From contig DAHWNL010000034.1 of assembly GCA_027339965.1 (NCBI GenBank), positions 59,551 to 123,550 of the forward strand: a stretch of 64,000 nt of DNA, in the 5' to 3' direction. Shown here in pieces: positions 21,750 through 30,800 of this stretch. Numbering within the stretch: the stretch's first letter is position 1; each line of letters begins with the position of its first letter. This stretch comes from Granulicella sp. (lineage in GTDB: Bacteria > Acidobacteriota > Terriglobia > Terriglobales > Acidobacteriaceae). The position numbers and the translations under genes are program-made. The notes below the pieces were generated by a model that saw only the letters and a list, made by a program, of their open reading frames with translations, was not told the DNA's origin and did not search any database.

Positions 21750-22925
21750 ATGCCTGAGATGGTCGATCAGATCTTCGTTCTCCTGAAACACTGGATCATG
21801 GGGTATGTGCCCGGCAGCCTGCAGCCGCTCTGCTCCGCTATCCTGTCCGTGCTCCCAATCCTGGTCGTGTTTCCGCTCTTGTTTGCCATCACCACCGTAC
21901 TGGAGCGCAAAGGCCTGGGCAGGATGCAGAACCGATACGGTCCCAACCGCGCCGGCCCGTGGGGCATCTTGCAGCCGGCGGCTGACGGCATCAAGTCCCT
22001 CACCAAGGAAGACATCGTTCCTCGCTCCGCGGATCAACTCGTCCACTTGTCAGCGCCTGTTCTCATCGTGATCGCCTCCCTCCTGGTGTACTCGGTAGTG
22101 CCGGTAGGCCGGAATATGGTGGTGGCCGATCTGAATGCGGGCGTCCTCTTCTTCTTCGCCATCGGAAGCATGGTGGAGCTGGCGGTCTTCATGGCGGGCT
22201 GGTCGAGCCGCAGCAAGTACTCTTTGCTGGGAGCCATGCGCGCCATCGCTCAGATGATCAGCTACGAGATGCCCATGGTTCTCTCCGGAGTGGTGGCGAT
22301 TATGGCGGCGGGCTCGCTCTCCACCGTCACCATCGTCAACATGCAGGCCGGCTACACCGGCATCTGGCCACACTGGTATCTTTTCACTCCCTGGGGCATC
22401 ACCGGCTACATCCTCTTCATGATTGCGGCCACAGCCGAGTCCAACCGCTGTCCCTTCGATCTGCCCGAGGGCGAGTCGGAGATTATCGCCGGCTACTTCA
22501 TCGAGTACTCAGGCTTCAAGTTTGCCCTCTTTTTTGTCGCGGAGTATCTGGGCATGATGGCCAGCAGCGCCATGGCCATCACTCTCTTCCTGGGTGGTTG
22601 GGCCGCGCCCTTCTCCTTCCTCACCTGGATTCCCTCCTGGTTCTGGTTCTTCGCCAAACTGATCTTCATGCTCATGATCTTCATCTGGATTCGCGGCACG
22701 CTACCACGCCTGCGTATGGATCAATTGATGAACTTCGGATGGAAGTTCATGCTGCCGCTCTCCCTGATTAACATCGTGTGCGCCGGGCTCTGGCATTATC
22801 TTCCCGCCGGCTTTGCGCGCTGGTCCGTCATCAGCCTTCTGCTCCTACTCTCTTGTTTCCTGTTGAGCCGGAGCCTCAGGCGCAACAAATGGTTTCAGGA
22901 ACGCACCTATCGCTTCGCCAGTTAG
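21750..22925 (+). CDS. nuoH: Complex I-like subunit H
   Basis: ERK...MQNR.GPNR, LQP.ADGIK...KE, AQMISYE, PFDLPE.ESE. Confidence 0.93.
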   Translation: MPEMVDQIFVLLKHWIMGYVPGSLQPLCSAILSVLPILVVFPLLFAITTVLERKGLGRMQNRYGPNRAGPWGILQPAADGIKSLTKEDIVPRSADQLVHLSAPVLIVIASLLVYSVVPVGRNMVVADLNAGVLFFFAIGSMVELAVFMAGWSSRSKYSLLGAMRAIAQMISYEMPMVLSGVVAIMAAGSLSTVTIVNMQAGYTGIWPHWYLFTPWGITGYILFMIAATAESNRCPFDLPEGESEIIAGYFIEYSGFKFALFFVAEYLGMMASSAMAITLFLGGWAAPFSFLTWIPSWFWFFAKLIFMLMIFIWIRGTLPRLRMDQLMNFGWKFMLPLSLINIVCAGLWHYLPAGFARWSVISLLLLLSCFLLSRSLRRNKWFQERTYRFAS

Positions 22926-23024
22926 CCGAGTGCTGATCATCAGCGATGCTCTTCATCCCTCGGACATCGGGTTCCATATGTTCATCCACCATCACCAACT
23001 CCGCAGAACTGGAAACGTCTTAAA

Positions 23025-23528
23025 ATGACTCTCTCCTTTGTGCTGCTCGCCGCCATCGCGATCCTCGGCGCCGCCGCGGCGATGAATCTCAAAAGTGCCG
23101 TCCACTGCGTTCTCGCGCTCACCCTGGGCATGGTCGGCTTGGCTGCTCTCTATCTCCAGTTAGGAGCTCAATTTGTCGGATTGACGCAACTGCTTGTCTA
23201 CGTCGGCGCAGTCGCGATTCTGGCAGTCTTCGCCATTATGCTGACCCGCAGCAGAACTGGGGAGAGTGTCGCGCATGGCCCGGCCTCCTCCAGGATCTCG
23301 GGAGCGCTGACCGCGCTGCTGGTCTTCGCTGTGCTGGCCTGGGCGATCTTCACCGGAGTCTCCCCGCAGCCGCTCTCCGGCGCACAGCCGGAGGCCTCCG
23401 TTCGCGAGGTTGGCGTGGCCCTGATGCAGCGCTTTGTCCTTCCACTGGAGATCATCGGCGTGCTCCTGACCGCGGCACTGATCGGAGCCGGCGTCCTCGC
23501 CATCGAAGAAAAAGGAGGAGATCGATGA
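23025..23528 (+). CDS. nuoJ: Complex I-like subunit J
   Basis: 5 TM helices, Q.LVYVGAV..L..FAIML. Confidence 0.9.
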   Translation: MTLSFVLLAAIAILGAAAAMNLKSAVHCVLALTLGMVGLAALYLQLGAQFVGLTQLLVYVGAVAILAVFAIMLTRSRTGESVAHGPASSRISGALTALLVFAVLAWAIFTGVSPQPLSGAQPEASVREVGVALMQRFVLPLEIIGVLLTAALIGAGVLAIEEKGGDR

Positions 23529-23836
23529 GCCCGCTCTCCGGCTACCTGCTCCTCTCCGCCCTTCTGTTCTCCATTGGCCTCTCCGGCGCACTCACCCGGC
23601 GCAATGCCATCCTGGTTCTCATTGGCATCGAACTCATGCTCAACGCTGCCAACCTGAACTTCATCGCCTTCTGGCGCTACAGTCCTCACCCGGAGATGCT
23701 CACCGGCGTGATGTTCGTCATCTTCTCCATCGGCATCGCCGCGGCAGAAGCCGCCGTTGGCCTCAGTATCATCGTTGCCGTCTACCGGCACTTCCGGACG
23801 ACGGATCTCGACAAGATCAACTTCCTGAAGGGGTAG
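23525..23836 (+). CDS. nuoK: Complex I-like subunit K
   Basis: RRN, IELMLNAANL, AAAEAAVGL. Confidence 0.93.
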   Translation: MSPLSGYLLLSALLFSIGLSGALTRRNAILVLIGIELMLNAANLNFIAFWRYSPHPEMLTGVMFVIFSIGIAAAEAAVGLSIIVAVYRHFRTTDLDKINFLKG

Positions 23837-23947
23837 GCGCTACATCATGAACGTACGACCTGGCAACATCTTCAACACCGCAACCGCCTGCGTTGTCGAC
23901 AAAAAACCTGGCTCTCTTTCTCACCTGCAACTCTTGACTGGCGCTCA

Positions 23948-26065
23948 ATGAACTGGATCGTGCAAAATCTCTGGCTGATTCCTGCGTTACCCCTGCTTGC
24001 GGCGGGGATCATTGCCCTTACCCCGCAGAAGGGCCACGTACGCGGAGCTGCTCTCGCCATCGGTTCGATGGGCATCTCCTTGCTTCTCTCGATCTGGGCA
24101 TTTGCGCACGTGCTATCCCTGCGCGGCAGCGGCCAACTCACCACTCAGGTCTTCAACTTCCGCTGGTTCCAGTTTGGCAACGACTGGCTGTCGCTCGGCT
24201 GGGTCTTGAATCCCCTCACCGCGGTCATGCTGGTCATGGTCACCTTCGTGGGCCTGCTGATCTTCATCTTCAGTGTCGGCTATATGGCGCACGATGAGAA
24301 CTTTACTCGGTTCTTCTGCTTCCTTGCCCTCTTTGCCGGGGCCATGCTCGGCGTCGTTATCGCCAACAGCCTGCTACTGCTGTTCATGTGCTGGGAGATC
24401 GTTGGCTTGACATCCTATCTCCTGATCGGCTTCTGGTATCACAAGCCCAGCGCCGCCGCCGCCTGCAAGAAGGCATTCATCACCACCCGCATCGGCGATC
24501 TGCCCTTCTTCCTCGGCATGGTCTGGCTCTACTCCCAAACCGGAACTCTGCTCTTCTACAACAATGGCGGCGGATGCATTGAGCCAAGCGCCATCACCCA
24601 CATGCTCTCCCAAGCCACGCCCCTGGGAATCTGCGCGGCCACCGCCATCGCCCTGCTCGTCTTCTGCGGAGCTGTGGGCAAGAGCGGACAGGTTCCGCTG
24701 CACGTCTGGTTGCCCGACGCCATGGAAGGCCCCACGCCCGTCAGCGCGCTGATCCACGCCGCCACTATGGTCGCCGCCGGCGTCTTTCTGGTCGCTCGCG
24801 TCTACCCTCTCATGAGTGCGCAGCACTCCATCAACGGCATGCTGACTACCTCAGCCGCCCTGCAGGTGGTTACCTGGGTTGGCGCCATCACGGCTTTCTT
24901 TGCCGCCACCATCGCCGTCGCGCAGTGGGACATCAAGCGGATTCTGGCCTACTCAACCGTCTCCCAGCTCGGCTATATGATGATGGGCCTGGGAGTTGGC
25001 GGTGTCGCGGTTGGAATCTTTCACCTCATCACCCACGCCTTCTTTAAATCCCTGCTCTTCCTCGGCGCCGGCTCCGTCATTCACGGCTGCTCGGACGAAC
25101 AGGATATTCGCCGCATGGGCGGCTTAGCCAAATACATGCCGGTGACCTTTGCCGCTTATGCGGTCGGCATGCTCGCCCTATGCGGCTTTCCGCTTTTCTC
25201 CGGCTTCTGGAGCAAGGATGAGATCCTGCATGCGGCCAGCACCTGGAACGTCTCCCACGTGCCGTATCTTCTCGGCGCAGCAGGAGCTCTACTGACGGCC
25301 TTCTATATGTCCCGCCAGGTGATCTACGTCTTCTTCGGAACCCTTCGCGCGGCGCCGATCGCCCATCAGGGCGCTCACGGAGCCAGTCTCGCTCCAGCCC
25401 ATGCGGATGCTCACCACCATGCTTCGGGAGTCCCGCATGAAAGCCCTGCTGTGATGACAGTCCCTCTCGTGCTGTTGTCCATCTTCGCCGGGCTGCTCGG
25501 CTTTGTCGGAACAGCCGCTTGGCCCTGGTTCCAGTCCTTTGTGGAGGACGCTCCGCTCAAGCTGGACTTTGGCGCTTTTACCCAAGGCGGAATCCTCCCC
25601 GTCATGCTGACCTCCTCGGTGATCGTCCTGCTCGGCCTTGGTTTAGGTTGGTGGTTTTACGGTCGCCGGCCCTTGGAAGGAACCGACGCTCCCGACAACC
25701 TTGGGAGGCTTGCGCCCTCCGCCTTCAGCTTCCTCGGTCACGCTGCCTATGTGGATGCGCTCTATGGAGCCACCTTCATTCGTCTCAATACGCTCTTCTC
25801 CAAGATCTCCGATTGGTTTGACCGTTGGATCTGGAACGGCGCCGTCAAGACGGTGACCCAAACGGTCTTTGGATTTGCTCACTTGGACAACTTCATCGAT
25901 ACACACGTGGTGAACTCAGGCTTTGACGAAGGGTGCGAAGGCGTCTCCGGCGGCGGAAGGCTCCTAGCATTGCTCCAGGCAGGCCGTATTCAGGGATATC
26001 TCAAGATCATCGCAGGCGCGTTGGTTGTGTTCACCGTCCTGCTGCTATGGAAGGCACGCATATGA
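23948..26065 (+). CDS. nuoL: Complex I-like subunit L (705 aa, extended lateral helix)
   Basis: WE.VGL.SY.LIGFW, GKSGQ.PLH.WLPDAMEGPTPVSALIHAATMV.AG, YSTVSQLG, HAFFK. Confidence 0.95.
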   Translation: MNWIVQNLWLIPALPLLAAGIIALTPQKGHVRGAALAIGSMGISLLLSIWAFAHVLSLRGSGQLTTQVFNFRWFQFGNDWLSLGWVLNPLTAVMLVMVTFVGLLIFIFSVGYMAHDENFTRFFCFLALFAGAMLGVVIANSLLLLFMCWEIVGLTSYLLIGFWYHKPSAAAACKKAFITTRIGDLPFFLGMVWLYSQTGTLLFYNNGGGCIEPSAITHMLSQATPLGICAATAIALLVFCGAVGKSGQVPLHVWLPDAMEGPTPVSALIHAATMVAAGVFLVARVYPLMSAQHSINGMLTTSAALQVVTWVGAITAFFAATIAVAQWDIKRILAYSTVSQLGYMMMGLGVGGVAVGIFHLITHAFFKSLLFLGAGSVIHGCSDEQDIRRMGGLAKYMPVTFAAYAVGMLALCGFPLFSGFWSKDEILHAASTWNVSHVPYLLGAAGALLTAFYMSRQVIYVFFGTLRAAPIAHQGAHGASLAPAHADAHHHASGVPHESPAVMTVPLVLLSIFAGLLGFVGTAAWPWFQSFVEDAPLKLDFGAFTQGGILPVMLTSSVIVLLGLGLGWWFYGRRPLEGTDAPDNLGRLAPSAFSFLGHAAYVDALYGATFIRLNTLFSKISDWFDRWIWNGAVKTVTQTVFGFAHLDNFIDTHVVNSGFDEGCEGVSGGGRLLALLQAGRIQGYLKIIAGALVVFTVLLLWKARI

Positions 26066-27630
26066 GCCCCGCTACGAGCCCTATTCCCTGGATTACGACG
26101 CTGACGGCGCTTCCCCTGGTAGGGGCCCTCCTGGTGCTCGCTTTGGGCAGAAACAAAGCCATGGCGCGCTGGACGGCGCTAGCGTTCAGCCTTGTTGCCT
26201 TGGTCTTTACCCTGATCCTCTGGCACAACTTCAACTCCGCGGCCGCTGCCTTCCAGTTTCAAGAGATCCACACATGGATTCCCTCGCTCCATGTTGACTA
26301 CCGCGTTGGAATCGATGGCCTCGGCCTGCTGATGCTCCTGCTCACCGCCGTCGTGATTCCCATCAGCGTCTTGGCTTCCTGGCATGTCGAACACAAGGTT
26401 GGGTTGTATTTCTCTCTGGTCCTGGCCCTGCAGGCATGCCTCTTTGGCACCTTCACCGCCCTTAACTTCTTCCATTGGTTCATCTTCTGGGAACTGGGCC
26501 TGATTCCTGCCTTCTTCTTGGTCAAGCTTTGGGGAGGCCCGGGCAGCGCCAAAGCCGCCATGCAGTTCCTGGTTTACACCATGGTGGGCGGCGTGGCCAT
26601 GCTGCTCTCCTTCCTGGCCATCTTCCTGGCTACGGGAACATTCGATTTCACTGAACTGGCCACCATGGCTCAGAATGGCACTCTCATGCCGGCTGTGGTC
26701 GCCCGGCTCAACTGGCATCTTCTAACCCCGCAGCATGTGGCGATGATCATCTTCTGCGGAGCTCTGCTCGGCTTCGCAGTCAAGGTTCCCTTGTTTCCCT
26801 TCCACACATGGCTGCCCTCCACCTACTCCGAGGCACCCTCAGGCGTTACCATTCTGCTGACCGGAGCCATGTCAAAAATGGGCCTCTACGGCTTCCTGCG
26901 AATCCTGCTCCCGATCTTCAGCGCGGAGATGCAGCGCGCGCTCAACCTCCTGCTCTGGCTCGCTGTGGCCACCATTGTTCTGTCCGCTTACACCGCTCTG
27001 GCGCAGAAGGATCTCAAGCGCATCTTCGCCTACTCCTCCATCAACCACCTGGGCTACTGTTTGCTGGCGATCTTCGCAGTGGTCAGATTCACCGGCGGCG
27101 ATCCTTTGCTCACCAGTCAGAAGTTTGCCGCCATCAATGGCGTCTTTCTGCAGATGTTCAACCACGGCCTTACCGCCGCCACCCTTTTCTGGTTTGTCGC
27201 CATGCTGGAACACCGCAGCGGCGGCCTGCGTGGTCTGGATGACTTCGGCGGCTTGCGCAAGGCCGTGCCGGTCTTCACGGGGCTGATGGGCATTGCGCTC
27301 TTCTCTTCTCTTGGCCTGCCCGGCCTCAATGGCTTTGTCGGAGAGTTCCTCATCTTCAAAGGCGTCTTCCCCCTCACGATGTGGGCCGCCTCGCTGTCGA
27401 TCATCGGCCTGCTCATCACCGCCCTCTTCATTTTGGGCATCCTGCAACGTGTCTTTTCCGGTCCACTTAACGAGCGGTGGGCGCATCTGCCCGATCTCAC
27501 CCTCGGCGAGCGCCTCGCGCTGATTCCCGTGATCGGACTCATGTTCGTTCTGGGTCTCTATCCCCAGTTGATCCTCGGCGTCGTCAACCACACCGCCATC
27601 CAGATGGCGCTACATCTGCGGACTTTCTGA
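26062..27630 (+). CDS. nuoM: Complex I-like subunit M, copy 1
   Basis: FWE...IP, FAVKVP.FPFHTWLP, KMGLYG, GFVGE; ATGA overlap with the nuoL stop. Confidence 0.92.
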   Translation: MSPATSPIPWITTLTALPLVGALLVLALGRNKAMARWTALAFSLVALVFTLILWHNFNSAAAAFQFQEIHTWIPSLHVDYRVGIDGLGLLMLLLTAVVIPISVLASWHVEHKVGLYFSLVLALQACLFGTFTALNFFHWFIFWELGLIPAFFLVKLWGGPGSAKAAMQFLVYTMVGGVAMLLSFLAIFLATGTFDFTELATMAQNGTLMPAVVARLNWHLLTPQHVAMIIFCGALLGFAVKVPLFPFHTWLPSTYSEAPSGVTILLTGAMSKMGLYGFLRILLPIFSAEMQRALNLLLWLAVATIVLSAYTALAQKDLKRIFAYSSINHLGYCLLAIFAVVRFTGGDPLLTSQKFAAINGVFLQMFNHGLTAATLFWFVAMLEHRSGGLRGLDDFGGLRKAVPVFTGLMGIALFSSLGLPGLNGFVGEFLIFKGVFPLTMWAASLSIIGLLITALFILGILQRVFSGPLNERWAHLPDLTLGERLALIPVIGLMFVLGLYPQLILGVVNHTAIQMALHLRTF

Positions 27631-27632
27631 TT

Positions 27633-29141
27633 ATGCTTGCTTGGACGATCTACCTATCCTTTCTTGGAGCACTGGCGCTTCTGCTGTTGCCCAGCCGCAG
27701 CGCCACCTTGGCGAGGTTGCTGGCATTGCTGGTCAGCGTCACCACCTTTTCGCTTGCTCTCATGGGATTCCTCCAGCATCGCTCCGGCGAGATGTTCACC
27801 GTCGCCGGCGTTCCCTGGATTCAATCCCTGGGCATCCAATATTCCCTTAAAGCCGACGGTATCAGCTTGACTCTGCTTCTACTTACCGGTGTTATCGGCA
27901 TTTGCGGCGTTCTTCTGTCCTGGGATATTAACGTTCGCGTCAAGGAGTTCTTCGCCTTTTACCTGGTGCTCATCGGCGCCGTCTACGGCGTCTTCCTCAG
28001 CTACGACCTCTTCCTCCTCTTTGTCTTCTACGAAATTGTCGTCATCCCCAAGTACTTCCTGATCGCCATCTGGGGCTCAACGCGGCGGGAGTACGGAGCC
28101 ATGAAGCTGGTGATTTACTCCTTCATCGGCAGCGCCATGGTCCTGGTTGGTCTTGTCGCCGCTTATGTCTGCTCTGGCTCCAGAAGCTTGTCTCTGGACT
28201 ACTTGGCCGGTTACCACTTCTCGCCACACTTCCAGATGTGGGCGTTCCCTCTGGTCTTCACCGGCTTTGCCGTTCTTGCCGGTATGTGGCCCTTTCACAC
28301 CTGGGCCCCCACCGGACACGTCGCTGCGCCCACTGCTGCTTCCATGCTCCTGGCCGGCGTCGTCATGAAGCTCGGGGCCTATGGATGCCTTCGAGTCGCC
28401 ATGACGCTCTTCCCTCTCGGATTGGGTCCATGGGGCTTTCACGTCCTCGGGTTTGGATCCTGGCGTGACGTCTTTGCCGTCCTGGCCGTGATCGGCATCA
28501 TCTACGGCGCGTTGGTCGCCCTGGTGCAGAAGGACTTCAAATTCGTCATCGGTTACTCCAGCATCAGCCACATGGGCTTTATTCTGCTGGGCTTGATGAC
28601 GTTGAATCAGATTGGCCTCTCCGGTGCCGTCGTGCAGATGGTCTCCCACGGTATCCTCGCAGGATTGCTCTTCGGCGTGGTCGGCCGCATGGTCTACGCT
28701 CGCACCCATACCCGGGAGCTGTCGGCCCTGGGCCCCATGCACCTCAGCAAGGTCATTCCCTTTGCCGCAGCTACTTTCGTCATCGCCGGCATGGCCAGCA
28801 TGGGGCTGCCCGGATTCAGCGGTTTTGCTGCCGAACTCATGATTCTCATCGGCGTCTGGCGCTCTTATCCAACCCTGATTCTCTTCGTGGGCGTCGGTCT
28901 GGTCGCCGGCGTTGCCTATATCTGGCGCGCCATGCAACAGGCATTCTTTGCCGGAGGGCCCCCGGCCACCGCTCCTCCCGATCATCCGCTTCCACCCATC
29001 TCCCTCCCGGAACGCGTGGCCGCTGTCATCCTCATCGCATCAAGCGTGATCGTCGGCATCTTCCCCCAGATCTTTCTCAGTGTCATCCATCCAGCCCTGA
29101 ATTCGCCGATGTTTGACGGCCTGCGCAAGGGGGGCTGGTAA
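27633..29141 (+). CDS. nuoM: Complex I-like subunit M, copy 2 (divergent)
   Basis: FYE...IP, PFHTWAP.GH..AP, KLGAYG, YSSISHMG, SHG, PGFSGF.AE. Confidence 0.9.
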   Translation: MLAWTIYLSFLGALALLLLPSRSATLARLLALLVSVTTFSLALMGFLQHRSGEMFTVAGVPWIQSLGIQYSLKADGISLTLLLLTGVIGICGVLLSWDINVRVKEFFAFYLVLIGAVYGVFLSYDLFLLFVFYEIVVIPKYFLIAIWGSTRREYGAMKLVIYSFIGSAMVLVGLVAAYVCSGSRSLSLDYLAGYHFSPHFQMWAFPLVFTGFAVLAGMWPFHTWAPTGHVAAPTAASMLLAGVVMKLGAYGCLRVAMTLFPLGLGPWGFHVLGFGSWRDVFAVLAVIGIIYGALVALVQKDFKFVIGYSSISHMGFILLGLMTLNQIGLSGAVVQMVSHGILAGLLFGVVGRMVYARTHTRELSALGPMHLSKVIPFAAATFVIAGMASMGLPGFSGFAAELMILIGVWRSYPTLILFVGVGLVAGVAYIWRAMQQAFFAGGPPATAPPDHPLPPISLPERVAAVILIASSVIVGIFPQIFLSVIHPALNSPMFDGLRKGGW

Positions 29142-30637
29142 TGAACATCATCGACTTTGGACAACTTCTTCGCCTTCTCTGGCCTGAGATCACCATCATC
29201 CTCGCCGCTCTGCTCGCCCTATCGGTCGATCTGGTCGCGCTCCGGCACTCTCACCTCCGCCTTCGCTTCCTGACTGCCAGCATCATCGCATCCGTCGGAT
29301 GCCTTCTTGCGATCGACGAGCTTCTCCATGCCTCAACCCAAGGAGCGCTTCTCGATAAGATCCTCGTCACTAGTCCGCTGACACAAATGGTCCAGATCGC
29401 CTTGCTGGGCATCGCCATCCTGACCCTCTTTTTGGCAGTCGACGCCGATTTCACCGAACATGTCGGAGAATTCGTCCTTCTCATTCTTCTAGCCACTACA
29501 GGAATGATGTTCCTGGTGTCTGCCCAAGATCTCCTCGTCCTCTTCCTCTCGTTGGAGTTGCTCAGCCTGTCAGCCTATGCTCTTTCCGGTTTTGACAAAC
29601 TCCGCCCCCGCTCCTCAGAGGCTGCGTTGAAGTACTTCCTCTTCGGCGGCATGTCCGCCGCGTTCCTCCTGTTCGGTTTCAGCCTGCTTTACGGCCTGGC
29701 CGACTCCACCAACTTCGTGGACATAGCCTACGCGGTTCAAGGACATCCCTTCAGCCCCATCCTGATGCTGGCCATCGTCACCACCGTCATCGGCTTCGGT
29801 TTCAAACTCGCTGCCGCTCCCTTCCACTTCTGGGCGCCGGATGTTTACCAGGCCGCGCCCATCCCCAGCGCAGCCTTTATCGCCTCCGGTTCCAAGGTTG
29901 CCGGCTTCTTTATCTTCTTCCAACTTCTGGTTCTCGGGTTTGCCGGTGCGGAAGGCGCAGCATCCCCGCTTCACTTTCAGAGCGGCTGGGTGCCGGTTCT
30001 GGTGGCCGTCTCCGTCGTCTCCATGATTCTGGGTAATCTGATCGCAATCACCCAGACGAGCCTCCGCCGCCTGCTCGCCTACTCCGCCGTAGCCCATGCC
30101 GGCTACATGCTGCTCGCGTACGTGGCCCATTCGGAGCAGAGCTTGGCAGCGCTTCTCTATTACGTTGTGACTTATGCTCTGGCGACGCTCGGGATCTTTG
30201 CAATCCTGGCGGTCACCGAGAAGCATCTGGGCAACGATCATATCGCTGACCTGGCCGGCCTTAGCCGCCGCGCACCCTTTCTTTCAGCCTGTCTCTTCGT
30301 CTTAATTCTGTCTCTGGCCGGTATTCCACCGCTCTCTGGCTTCTTCGCCAAGTTCTTCCTGTTTGTCTCCCTTCTCAACACGAATCCAGGATCGAAGTTA
30401 CTGCTTTGGCTCATCATCCTGGCCATCGGCATGAGCGCGGTCTCGCTTTACTACTACCTGCGAGTCCTGAAGAGCGCCTTCGTCGCCGATGCGCCGCCTG
30501 AGGCCGCTCCAATCCAATCCACCATGCTCATGCGCCTGCTCGTAGGGGTTCTGGCGGGAGGAGTAATCGTTCTGGGATGCGCGCCCGAACTGATTCTTCA
30601 TCAGATCCTGAAGGTCATCCAGGCCTCCGGCCTTTAA
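29141..30637 (+). CDS. nuoN: Complex I-like subunit N
   Basis: SSEAALKYF, FKL...PFHFWAPDVY, RLLAYS..AHAGY, SLAGIPP..GF.AKF. Confidence 0.93.
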   Translation: MNIIDFGQLLRLLWPEITIILAALLALSVDLVALRHSHLRLRFLTASIIASVGCLLAIDELLHASTQGALLDKILVTSPLTQMVQIALLGIAILTLFLAVDADFTEHVGEFVLLILLATTGMMFLVSAQDLLVLFLSLELLSLSAYALSGFDKLRPRSSEAALKYFLFGGMSAAFLLFGFSLLYGLADSTNFVDIAYAVQGHPFSPILMLAIVTTVIGFGFKLAAAPFHFWAPDVYQAAPIPSAAFIASGSKVAGFFIFFQLLVLGFAGAEGAASPLHFQSGWVPVLVAVSVVSMILGNLIAITQTSLRRLLAYSAVAHAGYMLLAYVAHSEQSLAALLYYVVTYALATLGIFAILAVTEKHLGNDHIADLAGLSRRAPFLSACLFVLILSLAGIPPLSGFFAKFFLFVSLLNTNPGSKLLLWLIILAIGMSAVSLYYYLRVLKSAFVADAPPEAAPIQSTMLMRLLVGVLAGGVIVLGCAPELILHQILKVIQASGL

Positions 30638-30800
30638 CCGAAGGTCCGTTCTCATCCCTGTTGCCCCTTTGCTCCTAGAATTTCTTTTTTGGGATGCGTT
30701 TTCCCATATAGAGTCCTGTTTCTACCATATGGCCGACGCAACTCTGTGGGGTTTTTCTTTTGTAAACAAAGCTCCGTGCCAATCGTTTTATAATCCTTGC

